From a virus (Duplodnaviria; Caudoviricetes), in the IMG/VR virus record IMGVR_UViG_3300020382_000114, positions 1 through 34,651 of that record: a stretch of DNA of 34,651 bases. The stretch is one strand, 5' to 3'. Below the pieces are notes generated by a model. It saw only the letters and a list, made by a program, of their open reading frames with translations. It did no database searches and had not been told where the DNA came from. The translations under genes were made by a program, and so were the position numbers. Numbering within the stretch: the stretch's first letter is position 1; each line of letters begins with the position of its first letter. This document shows, one piece after another, positions 6,821 through 14,811 of the stretch.

Positions 6821-7443
6821 GTGATGCAGTACGCAATCTTCAGATTAAAATTGGGGGCGTCGGCTCCGATGGAGCGTTTGGACCCCGCACTGCTAGGGCT
6901 ATAGCTCGGCACTACGGGTTATCTCCAGAACGGGGTGCTCACTTGATGGGCCAAGCTTCCCACGAGAGTGGTGGTTTCAAACTCACCAGAGAGAGCCTGT
7001 ATTACAGTACCCCAGAACGCATCCAAGCTGTCTGGCCAACAAGGTTTGAAACTATTGCAGACGCGGAGCCGTACGCCAAGAACCCGGCGGGGCTAGCTGG
7101 AAAAGTCTACAACGGTCGCATGGGAAACAAAACGGAGTCTGAAGCGGCGTTATTTACGGGCCGGGGTTTTTTGCAGCTAACCGGCAAAAATAATTATAGA
7201 GCGTTTGCGTCGGATATGCGCCTGCCAGAAATTATGACTAACCCAGACGCCGTGGCCACTGACTACGCTTTCGAGACTGCGCAATGGTTTTTCAACAAAA
7301 ACGGACTGTTCAAGATCGCAGATCTAGGTGTCAACGACGAGACGATCAAGCGGATTACACGCAGGGTCAACGGTGGGTACCACGGTCTCGAAGACCGCAC
7401 GGAGCAGACAAACAAAATACACTCTTGGTTAATGGAAGCGTAA
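6817..7443 (+). CDS. Endolysin, glycoside hydrolase family 19, with short N-terminal peptidoglycan-binding segment
   Basis: GQASHESGGF..TRESL, GRGFLQLTGKNNY and ITRRVNGGYHGLEDR are GH19 motifs; LQ.....DGAFGPRT is a PG-binding motif. Confidence 0.9.
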   Translation: MSDAVRNLQIKIGGVGSDGAFGPRTARAIARHYGLSPERGAHLMGQASHESGGFKLTRESLYYSTPERIQAVWPTRFETIADAEPYAKNPAGLAGKVYNGRMGNKTESEAALFTGRGFLQLTGKNNYRAFASDMRLPEIMTNPDAVATDYAFETAQWFFNKNGLFKIADLGVNDETIKRITRRVNGGYHGLEDRTEQTNKIHSWLMEA

Positions 7444-7444
7444 C

Positions 7445-10024
7445 ATGGCTGTCATAAAAATAAGCTCGTTTGGGGGCATATCCCCCGCCACACCCCCTCG
7501 GTACTTAGAGGACAACCAAGCTCAAACCGCTATGAACTGTCCTGTGTTTCAAGGCAGTATCCAACCGCTTAGCAACGTGGGTGCAACATCGGCCACACTT
7601 ACTAAAGCTGGAACCCCTTTGGCTCTGTACAGATTTGGGCAAGATACGGTTTCCGACAACAACTATTGGTTTCACTGGCTCCAAGACGTAGACGTATGCC
7701 GTAGCCAAATTGCGGGAGACGTCTCAGAGTGGACTTTCTTTACCGGCGACGGCGGACCTAAAGCCACGTACAACACGCTTGCGCTTTCGGGTTCTAACTA
7801 TCCAACCGAGTCTCGACCCCTTGGCTTGCCCTCACCAGTTGCCGCTTGCGCAGCTTCTCCTGACACGTTTACGCCCGTCGCACACGCGGCCCAAGTCACA
7901 CTGTCGTCAACGCAAGTTAGCCAGTTAACCACAAGCTACGGACTCCTTGTCAGTTTAACTACTGACGTTGCAGACCAGTTTACCGCTGTTTCTCTATCAG
8001 CCTCACCTATGACAGCCGCGCACGTCGTTACCCGTGTCAACGCAGTACTCAACGCGAGCAGTACAGTTGTAGCGGCGACCGAGGCCAACGGGGTGGTTAC
8101 TATTAAGACTGTGGCTACTGGACCAACGGCCAAGTTGTTCGTTACGTTTCAGACAGGCGTGACTGACGATACCACAGGAACCTTTGATACTAGTTCGACA
8201 CCGGCTAGTGTGAGTGCGACTGGAACAGCGGACACAAACGCTTTTGTAATCATCGAAGACTCGGAGATTGCCTCTATCTCTACGGGCGACCAAATACTCG
8301 TTTCTGGCTCTGGTACCAACCATATCAACTACGTTGCGTACAGTGGAGCGCTTACAGCTGTGGGGCTTGCCGCGTGGCTAAATGGCTTACTCTCAAACAA
8401 GATTACGGCGACGACGTACGGAAGCTGCGTTGTTCTAACTCCTGATACATCGGGCGGCGGTGCTGCGGGATCAATAAACTACCAACGGCGCGTGTCGGGT
8501 ACGGTTATTACTAACCTGACTAGCAGCGGTTCCGATTCTGCTGGACCTGCTCGTTTGTTTGTCACACAAACCCAGATAGACGCTTGGGAAGGAAAGCACC
8601 TCAAGGTCACTGTAAATGGTGTAGCTACTAGCATACAGGTCAGCAACCCGTCCTATGTGTCGTCTCTTGCCACTGCGGGTTTAACTGAGATTACGGTCGA
8701 AACTTTTGGCGCTGTGTCCCCGTTTGCAGTAGTTACTACCAATGCCGTAGGCACATCTGCAACGTTGGCCCTCCACGGTGGCGTGTACCCAGATTCAAAT
8801 GCGTTTTCCAGACAGCAAGCTGTAGGGTATAATGACGAGGATAAGGTTGTTGAAACGCGGGTCTATACCTACACGTGGGTGAACAAGGAAGCTGGATTCG
8901 AGTTTGAGTCTGCTCCAGCTGCTGCATCAAACTCCGTAGATGTCCGAGACGGCCAAACTGTGTCCCTATCAGGGTTTGCAACAGTTCCTGGAGGAGAATA
9001 CGTCGTAACCCACAAACGAGTTTACCGCGCGGTCAGTGGGGTGTTCTTGTTCGTAAACGAGATCGCAGCTTCGGAGACCAATGTTGTCGACGATGTTAAA
9101 CCTGATGCGCTTGGGGAGCTACTGCCTTCGACTACTTGGATCGAGCCACCACAAACCCTGCGCGGACTAACTAACTTACCCAACGGCCTGATGGCTGGGT
9201 TTTCTGGGCGGGACGTTCACTTCTGTGATCCTTACCATCCACACGCTTGGCCAGAGCAATACATACAAACCCTAGATTACCCTGTTGTCGGGCTTGGACG
9301 GATGGACACCACTCTAATCGTTCTAACGAAGGGGGTTCCCTACCTTATCCAAGGCACACATCCAGATTCGATGACCGTGGTAAAATCCGACTTGGAGCAA
9401 GCTTGCGTGTCTAAGCAAAGCATAGTCAACATTATGGGGTCTGTCGTGTACGCCGCCCCAGACGGGCTTATGATGATGTCGACTAGCGGGTCTAAAATTC
9501 TAACTGAAAGTCTGTTCAACTTCAATCAGTGGCAGACTTTTTTCAAGCCCGAGTCGATCCACGCATATCAGCATGACAACCAGTACATCGCTTTCTACGA
9601 CAACGGCACACAGCAAGGCGGGTTTATATTCGACATGCGGTCGGGACAGTTTATTCTGCACGACATCTACGCAACCGCTGGATACCAAGACATACAGCGA
9701 GACAAACTATTCGTGGCGTTTGCGGACAAGTCTGTAAAGCCGTGGGGCTATGGCACTGCGAAATCGTATATCTGGAAATCCAAAAAGTTTACCATGCCGC
9801 AGGTTATGGGTTTCTCCAGCGCCCAGTTAGAAGCAGAAGCCTACCCGATGACTGTTAAGTTCTACGCAGATACTGTTCTTGTCCACACCCAGACCGTCAC
9901 AAGCAGAGACCCGTTTCGCTTGCCCTCTAAAGTTGGTCGAGACTGGGAAATGCAGATCTCGGGGGTGCATGAGGTGTTTAACTTATCTATTGCAAATTCA
10001 ATGACGGAGCTTGCCAGTGGCTAA
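7445..10024 (+). CDS. Tail tubular/nozzle (virion stabilisation) protein with internal insertion
   Basis: N-terminal FGGISP.TPPRYL...QAQ.A.NC, then RVYTYTWVN..G.ESAP, LPNG.MAGF.G..V.FC.PY.PHAWP, CVSKQSIV...V.YA.PDGL and WKSKKF. These match podovirus-type nozzle/beta-propeller proteins. Confidence 0.75.
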   Translation: MAVIKISSFGGISPATPPRYLEDNQAQTAMNCPVFQGSIQPLSNVGATSATLTKAGTPLALYRFGQDTVSDNNYWFHWLQDVDVCRSQIAGDVSEWTFFTGDGGPKATYNTLALSGSNYPTESRPLGLPSPVAACAASPDTFTPVAHAAQVTLSSTQVSQLTTSYGLLVSLTTDVADQFTAVSLSASPMTAAHVVTRVNAVLNASSTVVAATEANGVVTIKTVATGPTAKLFVTFQTGVTDDTTGTFDTSSTPASVSATGTADTNAFVIIEDSEIASISTGDQILVSGSGTNHINYVAYSGALTAVGLAAWLNGLLSNKITATTYGSCVVLTPDTSGGGAAGSINYQRRVSGTVITNLTSSGSDSAGPARLFVTQTQIDAWEGKHLKVTVNGVATSIQVSNPSYVSSLATAGLTEITVETFGAVSPFAVVTTNAVGTSATLALHGGVYPDSNAFSRQQAVGYNDEDKVVETRVYTYTWVNKEAGFEFESAPAAASNSVDVRDGQTVSLSGFATVPGGEYVVTHKRVYRAVSGVFLFVNEIAASETNVVDDVKPDALGELLPSTTWIEPPQTLRGLTNLPNGLMAGFSGRDVHFCDPYHPHAWPEQYIQTLDYPVVGLGRMDTTLIVLTKGVPYLIQGTHPDSMTVVKSDLEQACVSKQSIVNIMGSVVYAAPDGLMMMSTSGSKILTESLFNFNQWQTFFKPESIHAYQHDNQYIAFYDNGTQQGGFIFDMRSGQFILHDIYATAGYQDIQRDKLFVAFADKSVKPWGYGTAKSYIWKSKKFTMPQVMGFSSAQLEAEAYPMTVKFYADTVLVHTQTVTSRDPFRLPSKVGRDWEMQISGVHEVFNLSIANSMTELASG

Positions 10025-11246
10025 CAATATTCCGACAGTAAGTGGCTTACCACGTGACCTTCAGCAGTTTGTTCAGCGTGTCAAAGAAGCACTCGACGGG
10101 AACGGGCTAGACAGTGTGGTGACTGCCCGACAGCTGGTAGCTGCGGGTATTGCAGGTTTTTCAACAGGCACGGGCGTGGTAACGAACACAGGTTCAACGG
10201 TGGGCACCCCTCGACCGCCAACCTCCCTAGCTGCATCTGGTGCGCTGGCTTCAATAATAGTCACATGGGACGGGCCGGGGTACTCGGGTCACGCTTACAC
10301 AGAAGTATGGGCTGCTGCTCAGTCTGCCGCTCAGGTATCAGCGAATGAAGATCCCCTTCTGGCAGATGCAGTACTTGTCGGCATGAACGCGGGTAATAGC
10401 TTTTCACACCAGATCGGTTCTGCCGCTAATCGGTGGTACTGGGCTAGAAACATAAACCAAAACGGCGTTGCTGGAGCCTATAATGCAACCGCTGGAGTTA
10501 AAGGAACTACAGGAACAAACCCAAACTACGTGATGGATGTCCTGTCTCAGTCGCTCGGGGGCTCCTCGGAAGCTCCATTTTTCCAGATAGACGCAGCTAC
10601 CGTAATCAACGGTGTCAGTGTTCCCGCTGGTACTTACATTCGGACTGCCATGATCGCGGATGCCACTATAACAAACGCACAGATAGGCAGTTTAACTGCT
10701 GATAAAATTACAGCTAGTTTGCTAAATACGGTCGACTTCTACGGTAACACAATCGCTGGTGCGGAAATCTATCTGGGTGGAACGGTCAACTACAGCCAGA
10801 CCGGTGGTGTAAACACAGGAATATCCAGCGTTACAGCGCCAGCAGCGACACTAGACACCAACGGCGCAACATTTAATGTCGGCGCGTTTCGGGTGAACAA
10901 CCTCAATGGAGCAGGGTTTGAAACCCCATTCCAAGTTGTGAACAACCACGTTTTTATCAAAGCGGCAAACATCGAAGACGCTACTATCGTCGAAGCAAAA
11001 ATAGGCGCGGGTGCTATTACTAATGCCAAGATCGGCAACGTAATCCAGTCAGCAGACTACGCCTCTGGATCAGCTGGTTGGAAGATCGACAAGGCTGGGG
11101 CGATGGAGATGAACAACGCGACTTTTAGAGGTACGCTTGCAACACAGTCTGCGGCGTCTGGCGCTCGGTTGGAGATAGCAGCAGATACGGTGAAGGTGTT
11201 CGACGCTAGTGGCACAGTGCGCGTGAAGTTGGGGAACCTAGCTTAG
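10011..11246 (+). CDS. gpJ-like host-specificity/tail tip fibre protein (FN3 + DUF1983/J C-terminal-like motifs)
   Basis: FN3-like PRPPTSLAASG..SIIVTW...YWARNINQNG; FIKAANIEDATI...ITNAKIGNVIQSADY..G..GWKIDK.G.MEMNNATFRG...VRVKLGNL resembles the lambda J C-terminus. True start may be the GTG at 10017. Confidence 0.75.
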   Translation: MPVANNIPTVSGLPRDLQQFVQRVKEALDGNGLDSVVTARQLVAAGIAGFSTGTGVVTNTGSTVGTPRPPTSLAASGALASIIVTWDGPGYSGHAYTEVWAAAQSAAQVSANEDPLLADAVLVGMNAGNSFSHQIGSAANRWYWARNINQNGVAGAYNATAGVKGTTGTNPNYVMDVLSQSLGGSSEAPFFQIDAATVINGVSVPAGTYIRTAMIADATITNAQIGSLTADKITASLLNTVDFYGNTIAGAEIYLGGTVNYSQTGGVNTGISSVTAPAATLDTNGATFNVGAFRVNNLNGAGFETPFQVVNNHVFIKAANIEDATIVEAKIGAGAITNAKIGNVIQSADYASGSAGWKIDKAGAMEMNNATFRGTLATQSAASGARLEIAADTVKVFDASGTVRVKLGNLA

Positions 11247-11527
11247 TGGCTCACGGTCTAAATCTTTTTAACTCTGATGGTTCTCTGACGTTTTCGTCAA
11301 CAGATGTAACCTTTAACCAAGTTGCTGCGTTTCAAGTTAGCGGTGGGGCTTCAGTTAGCAACACATACGCCGTCCTAAGTGGCAAAACAGTCCAAGTTGT
11401 ACAGATGTTTATAAACCCTCCACCGACTGATCGGAAAGCTATCGCGCACACTATCTCTGTAAGCGACACCACCGTGAGCGTGTCTGGTGGCAATGAAAAC
11501 GTGTTAGTATTGGTGTTGATGCGATGA
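11246..11527 (+). CDS. Small tail-tip accessory protein
   Basis: MAHGLNLFNSDGSLTFSS motif typical of genes that follow gpJ-like fibres; coupled start. Confidence 0.65.
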   Translation: MAHGLNLFNSDGSLTFSSTDVTFNQVAAFQVSGGASVSNTYAVLSGKTVQVVQMFINPPPTDRKAIAHTISVSDTTVSVSGGNENVLVLVLMR

Positions 11528-12504
11528 GCTATGGATTTCTTGCACTGAACGACGACAACGACGTGTTGATTTCCAGCGACACAAAGAACCTGCATTTCGC
11601 GGGTAAAGCAACAAAACCATCTACGCCGCTGAACACCTTTACCAACCACGGCGGCTTCGTCGAGTTGGTGTACACAATAGTTTTACCTAACAGGGTGTCT
11701 ATTCCTGTGCCGTTTTTTACCATGCCGGACCCAACTAAGTTTTTTAGCATCGCGGGGGTGAAAGGCGTAGACAGTGGAACTTCTGATAAAACATGGAGTA
11801 TAACGATCCTAAGAACGGGCGGGTCAACTGCCGTTGTTTCGATGCCAGAGGTATATGTGTTCGTTGATCCTACTGCTGTTTCGGTTTCGGGGAGTTACGG
11901 GTTTCAAGTTTTTAACGCTGACGGCACCGTTTCGTTTGACAGCCGCGCTCGGCCATTAGCAGTTTCTAGCGCGGTTTCCATGGTACAACCCGCCAACCCT
12001 GTAAACTCTGTGAATTTTGCGGCTCTTACGGCAACTCAGTGCGGCGATATTAACAACAACAATTTCACGCCAACGGAAACCGCTAACTATAATTTTGGTG
12101 ATACTTCCGCTCAACACACAAAGCCGATGTACCATTACAACGCGCTCCCCCAAACTCAGCGGGAAGCTACTTTTTACCAGTACGTGGATAACTGTACGGG
12201 GTTTAATATCTACGGGTTTTGTCTTGGGTACGAAAGTTCTCTATCCAATACCTCTACATACTGGGCGTTTTATCGAGGTGGCATTGGGGGCAGAACTACT
12301 TCTGGCAGCACCACATTCTTTAAAGCTGGATGGATTCCCGTGGTGGCCGGTTGTTATTGGGCGGCGTCCAGCAGTGGAGACTTCTTATTAGTTTTCGGGC
12401 CGGGGTCTAGTAGCTCTTCTGGCGGCGCGTGGCCGTACTCCGACGAAACTATAAACCTTACAGCCCAAACAGTAATTGTTGCGGATGCGAGCCGGTATGA
12501 CTGA
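11524..12504 (+). CDS. Tail-tip accessory/receptor-binding protein
   Basis: Two YG(F/L)..(F)N.DG/N motifs (MSYGFLALNDDN, YGFQVFNADGTVSFDS) and a Cys-containing C-terminal domain. Confidence 0.65.
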   Translation: MSYGFLALNDDNDVLISSDTKNLHFAGKATKPSTPLNTFTNHGGFVELVYTIVLPNRVSIPVPFFTMPDPTKFFSIAGVKGVDSGTSDKTWSITILRTGGSTAVVSMPEVYVFVDPTAVSVSGSYGFQVFNADGTVSFDSRARPLAVSSAVSMVQPANPVNSVNFAALTATQCGDINNNNFTPTETANYNFGDTSAQHTKPMYHYNALPQTQREATFYQYVDNCTGFNIYGFCLGYESSLSNTSTYWAFYRGGIGGRTTSGSTTFFKAGWIPVVAGCYWAASSSGDFLLVFGPGSSSSSGGAWPYSDETINLTAQTVIVADASRYD

Positions 12505-12703
12505 TATTGTAAAACCTTTTAAGATTACTCGAACAACCACAGAGCCCGACGGAAACACCGGCGTGTGGTTTTGGGCGCAAAAAACCACGTACGACAACGA
12601 CGCAACCAACGTCTATAAACTGGCGACTTACATATCAGTCGAGCCAGAAGCAGATATAGACGCTGCGGTGTATGCGTTTTTACAAACCGGAGATTGGGTA
12701 TGA
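12497..12703 (+). CDS. Hypothetical protein
   Basis: ORF in the co-oriented structural operon; the ATG at 12497 overlaps the upstream gene end (track start 12476 is less likely). Confidence 0.6.
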   Translation: MTDIVKPFKITRTTTEPDGNTGVWFWAQKTTYDNDATNVYKLATYISVEPEADIDAAVYAFLQTGDWV

Positions 12704-13308
12704 CTACGCATAGCGAAATTTACTACACAGGCGACACGTCGCGCACCATGCACGATACTGCGTCGTCGGACGCCGCTGGAATACTAACCGCCGTTCAAGC
12801 GACGTTCGCCTGGGCAAACTACGACGGGACTTTCGCTGTTAGCACAGCAGTTACTCACGAAGTACTGGACGAGCCCGTCGTTACCTTTGTTTTAAACAAA
12901 AAGGTTACAGACTTTCTGGTTGGCGAACCGTACCCTTTATCCGCGCGGAAGTTCTGCATGACGAGTGGGACGTCGTACCTAAAACGATATGCGCTGTGGG
13001 CGGGAGCAGCACCTAGTTATCTGCCGACAGGTTGTACACCAATGTTCAAGGCGACCAACGTCGCTGAGTATAACCGGCCAGCACCCGACGACATTGACGA
13101 TTTCTACGACTGCTACTTTAAAGGCGACCCAGCTAGTGTGGAAAATCACTTCAATCTGACAGAACGTCGAGGGTCGCATGACACGTTTTATGGGCTGACT
13201 ATTGAGGGTGGCGAGGTTGCTCGCGTCAAACAGTATGTGTACAATTCTCCCACAATGTTTAGCGACTGGGACGTGGTCCATCTTATGTACACAAAAAGGA
13301 TTGTTTAG
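12694..13308 (+). CDS. Hypothetical protein
   Basis: 204-aa ORF; the ATG at 12700 after GGAG is the probable start; no recognisable motif. Confidence 0.65.
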   Translation: MGMTTHSEIYYTGDTSRTMHDTASSDAAGILTAVQATFAWANYDGTFAVSTAVTHEVLDEPVVTFVLNKKVTDFLVGEPYPLSARKFCMTSGTSYLKRYALWAGAAPSYLPTGCTPMFKATNVAEYNRPAPDDIDDFYDCYFKGDPASVENHFNLTERRGSHDTFYGLTIEGGEVARVKQYVYNSPTMFSDWDVVHLMYTKRIV

Positions 13309-13314
13309 TTGGAT

Positions 13315-13336
13315 GTTTATGTGTTAACGTGTAAGC
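13315..13336. promoter_or_regulatory. GTNNAC 8-bp periodic motif, copy 3
   Basis: GTTTAT GTGTTAAC GTGTAAGC; the first 14 bp are identical to 6222-6235. Confidence 0.6.
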
Positions 13337-13346
13337 AGATATCGTC

Positions 13347-13775
13347 GTGCCCGTGTCTCAATTAGTATTTGAAGACAAGATACGTGTCGGCGATTGGGTC
13401 GCAAACCATGTAGGGCAACTGTCTTCATGGGGCGGCTTTTACGCGATGGGCGCTGAGCATAAGGGTGAACTTACAGCTGGGGTTGTGTTTAATAATTTCA
13501 CGAACTCCAGTGCAACGGTACATCTCGCGGTTAGCAAACCCAAGAAAATTCTATCGGAACTGCTTGACCACGCTTTTTTGTATGCGTTCGAGACTTGCAG
13601 CCTCCGAAGGTTAACTGGGTTGGTCGAGGCAAACAATGCAAAATCACTTAAAATTATCAAACACTTGGGCTTCGTCGAAGAAGGCGTCATGCGTGAAGCT
13701 GGCACTGACGGCCAAGACATTATTGTTCTCGTCCTTTGGCCAGACAAATACCGTAAGGGGAAGTTAAATGGGTAA
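13347..13775 (+). CDS. GNAT-family acetyltransferase (podovirus tail-associated)
   Basis: F.YAF....LRRLTGLVEANNAKSLKIIKHLGFVEEGVMR is the RimJ/RimL-type GNAT motif; it sits before the ejection-protein genes. Confidence 0.85.
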   Translation: MPVSQLVFEDKIRVGDWVANHVGQLSSWGGFYAMGAEHKGELTAGVVFNNFTNSSATVHLAVSKPKKILSELLDHAFLYAFETCSLRRLTGLVEANNAKSLKIIKHLGFVEEGVMREAGTDGQDIIVLVLWPDKYRKGKLNG

Positions 13776-14811
13776 GAGTAGTCCTCCACCACCCGATTAC
13801 ACGCCGTTAGCAGAAGCTAGTGCAGAGTCTGCACGTATAATGGCAGGAATTGGCGACCGCCAACTAGCATTTGCCAAAGAGCAGTATGATCGAACTGCTC
13901 CTATTATGGAACGCGTAGCCGATCAGCAGATGGCCGCGCAGTCCGAGCAGATGGCACAAGCCCGTGACTACTACAATTATCAGAAAGACACATTTCGCCC
14001 TCTGGAACGTGGCCTTGTGGCTGACGCCGAGCGGTTTAACACCGACGCGTACCGCAATCAGTTGGCTTCTCAAGCTTCAGCGGATGCTGGCTTAGCGTTT
14101 GGTCAGGTCCAAGCACAGAACCAACGGGCCTCTCGGTCCATGGGAGCGAACCCGAACAGCGGTAGATACGCAGGGATGCAGCAAGCCAGTGGCTTAGCTC
14201 TCGCAGCTAACCGAGCCAACGCAATGACCAACGCACGGACACAAGCAGATCAAATGGGCTACGCACGTAAGCTTGACGCCGTCGGTATGGGTCGGGGTTT
14301 GAGCGGAGCGTCAACGGCAGCATACGGTGGGGCTAATAGTTCCGGCTCAATGGCGGGGGGTAATTACCAAAGCGCGGGTCAAAACTACATGGGCAACATG
14401 GGTGCTGCGGGGAATACCTACAACGCAGGGTTCCAAACACAGATGTCTGGGCTGGGAAATATCCTAAACAGCCAGTCAGAAATGTACATAAACGCAGGAA
14501 AAGACAACGCCGCCATGGTGGGTGCTGTAGCTGGCGCAGGAGCCAAATTTTATACGGCGCGAGCATCTGATGAGCGTGTCAAAGAAAACATCGTAGACGT
14601 GGGCGTCGACCAGCGTACAGGGCTGACACTGTACGAGTTCAATTACAAAGAAGGGTTCGGTGATCCAAATATCCGCTACCGTGGGGTAATGGCGCAAGAG
14701 GTTGAGCTTAGTTACCCAGACGCCGTCGCCATCCGTACAGACGGAATGTTCAACGGTTATAAAACAGTCGACTACAATATGCTCGGCATTGAGATGAAAG
14801 AGGTCGCATAA
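13768..14811 (+). CDS. Internal virion/DNA ejection protein with C-terminal peptidase S74 chaperone domain
   Basis: MGKSSPPPPDY start, Gln/Ala/Gly-rich helical body, then SDERVKENI...LYEFNY...YRGVMAQEV...PDAV...GYKTVDY (S74 signature). Confidence 0.8.
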   Translation: MGKSSPPPPDYTPLAEASAESARIMAGIGDRQLAFAKEQYDRTAPIMERVADQQMAAQSEQMAQARDYYNYQKDTFRPLERGLVADAERFNTDAYRNQLASQASADAGLAFGQVQAQNQRASRSMGANPNSGRYAGMQQASGLALAANRANAMTNARTQADQMGYARKLDAVGMGRGLSGASTAAYGGANSSGSMAGGNYQSAGQNYMGNMGAAGNTYNAGFQTQMSGLGNILNSQSEMYINAGKDNAAMVGAVAGAGAKFYTARASDERVKENIVDVGVDQRTGLTLYEFNYKEGFGDPNIRYRGVMAQEVELSYPDAVAIRTDGMFNGYKTVDYNMLGIEMKEVA

